A program made the translations under genes and the position numbers. This document shows positions 45,653 through 45,692 of a stretch of DNA of 45,692 bases, piece after piece (position 1 is the first letter of the stretch; the number at the start of each line of letters is the position of its first letter). Source of the stretch: Eubacteriales bacterium (lineage in GTDB: Bacteria; Bacillota; Clostridia; Oscillospirales; CAG-272); assembly GCA_045580775.1 (NCBI GenBank), contig JAZNOK010000015.1, positions 1 to 45,692 on the forward strand, given 5' to 3'. The notes below the pieces were generated by a model that was not told where the DNA came from, ran no database searches, and was given only the letters and a program-made list of their open reading frames with translations.

Positions 45653-45692
45653 AAGTCGGATCGTAGCCATGTCGTTCTGTGAGCCAAGGAGT
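45653..45692 (+). other. MGI/BGI sequencing adapter (technical artifact)
   Basis: AAGTCGGATCGTAGCCATGTCGTTCTGTGAGCCAAGGAGT matches the MGI/BGISEQ adapter as I recall it, and begins exactly where tRNA pairing fails. Confidence 0.92.

Noticed and set aside
45653-45692. Prophage or ICE attachment junction, or tRNA pseudogene
   Set aside because: The divergent sequence matches a sequencing adapter and there is no integrase in the window.

Overview
A 45.7-kb chromosomal segment from a low-GC, probably spore-forming Clostridia-type Firmicute, judged from sigmaA promoters, a T-box, a spoVB-like gene, a dockerin and an LPxTG-like protein. Left to right it holds: the 3' end of a surface-polysaccharide locus (O-acetyltransferase, Wzy, chain-length protein fused to a degenerate CpsD-like tail); feoA-feoB; an iron-sulfur flavoprotein; a 3063-aa vWA/DUF11/FctA-repeat sortase-type adhesin preceded by a receiver-like small protein and divergent from an AgrA/AgrC-type LytTR-GHKL pair; rqcH with a HAD hydrolase; a membrane-anchored GLUG/Ig protein; a dockerin-bearing SGNH hydrolase; cca; a SpoIID/LytB protein and its partner; a coaE-slt-M18 peptidase-prfA-sua5-parC-like run; a P-loop ATPase; a spoVB-like flippase; a lone trpB under a Trp T-box with an 8-codon Trp-ending mini-ORF; a small membrane protein; and tRNA-Leu(CAG). 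The last 40 nt match the MGI/BGI sequencing adapter and artificially truncate the tRNA. I saw no integrase, transposase, reverse transcriptase or CRISPR array. The best candidates for something undescribed are (1) the LytTR/GHKL + pseudo-receiver + giant adhesin module and (2) the T-box + mini-ORF + lone trpB unit. All family calls come from motif recognition by eye; no searches were run.
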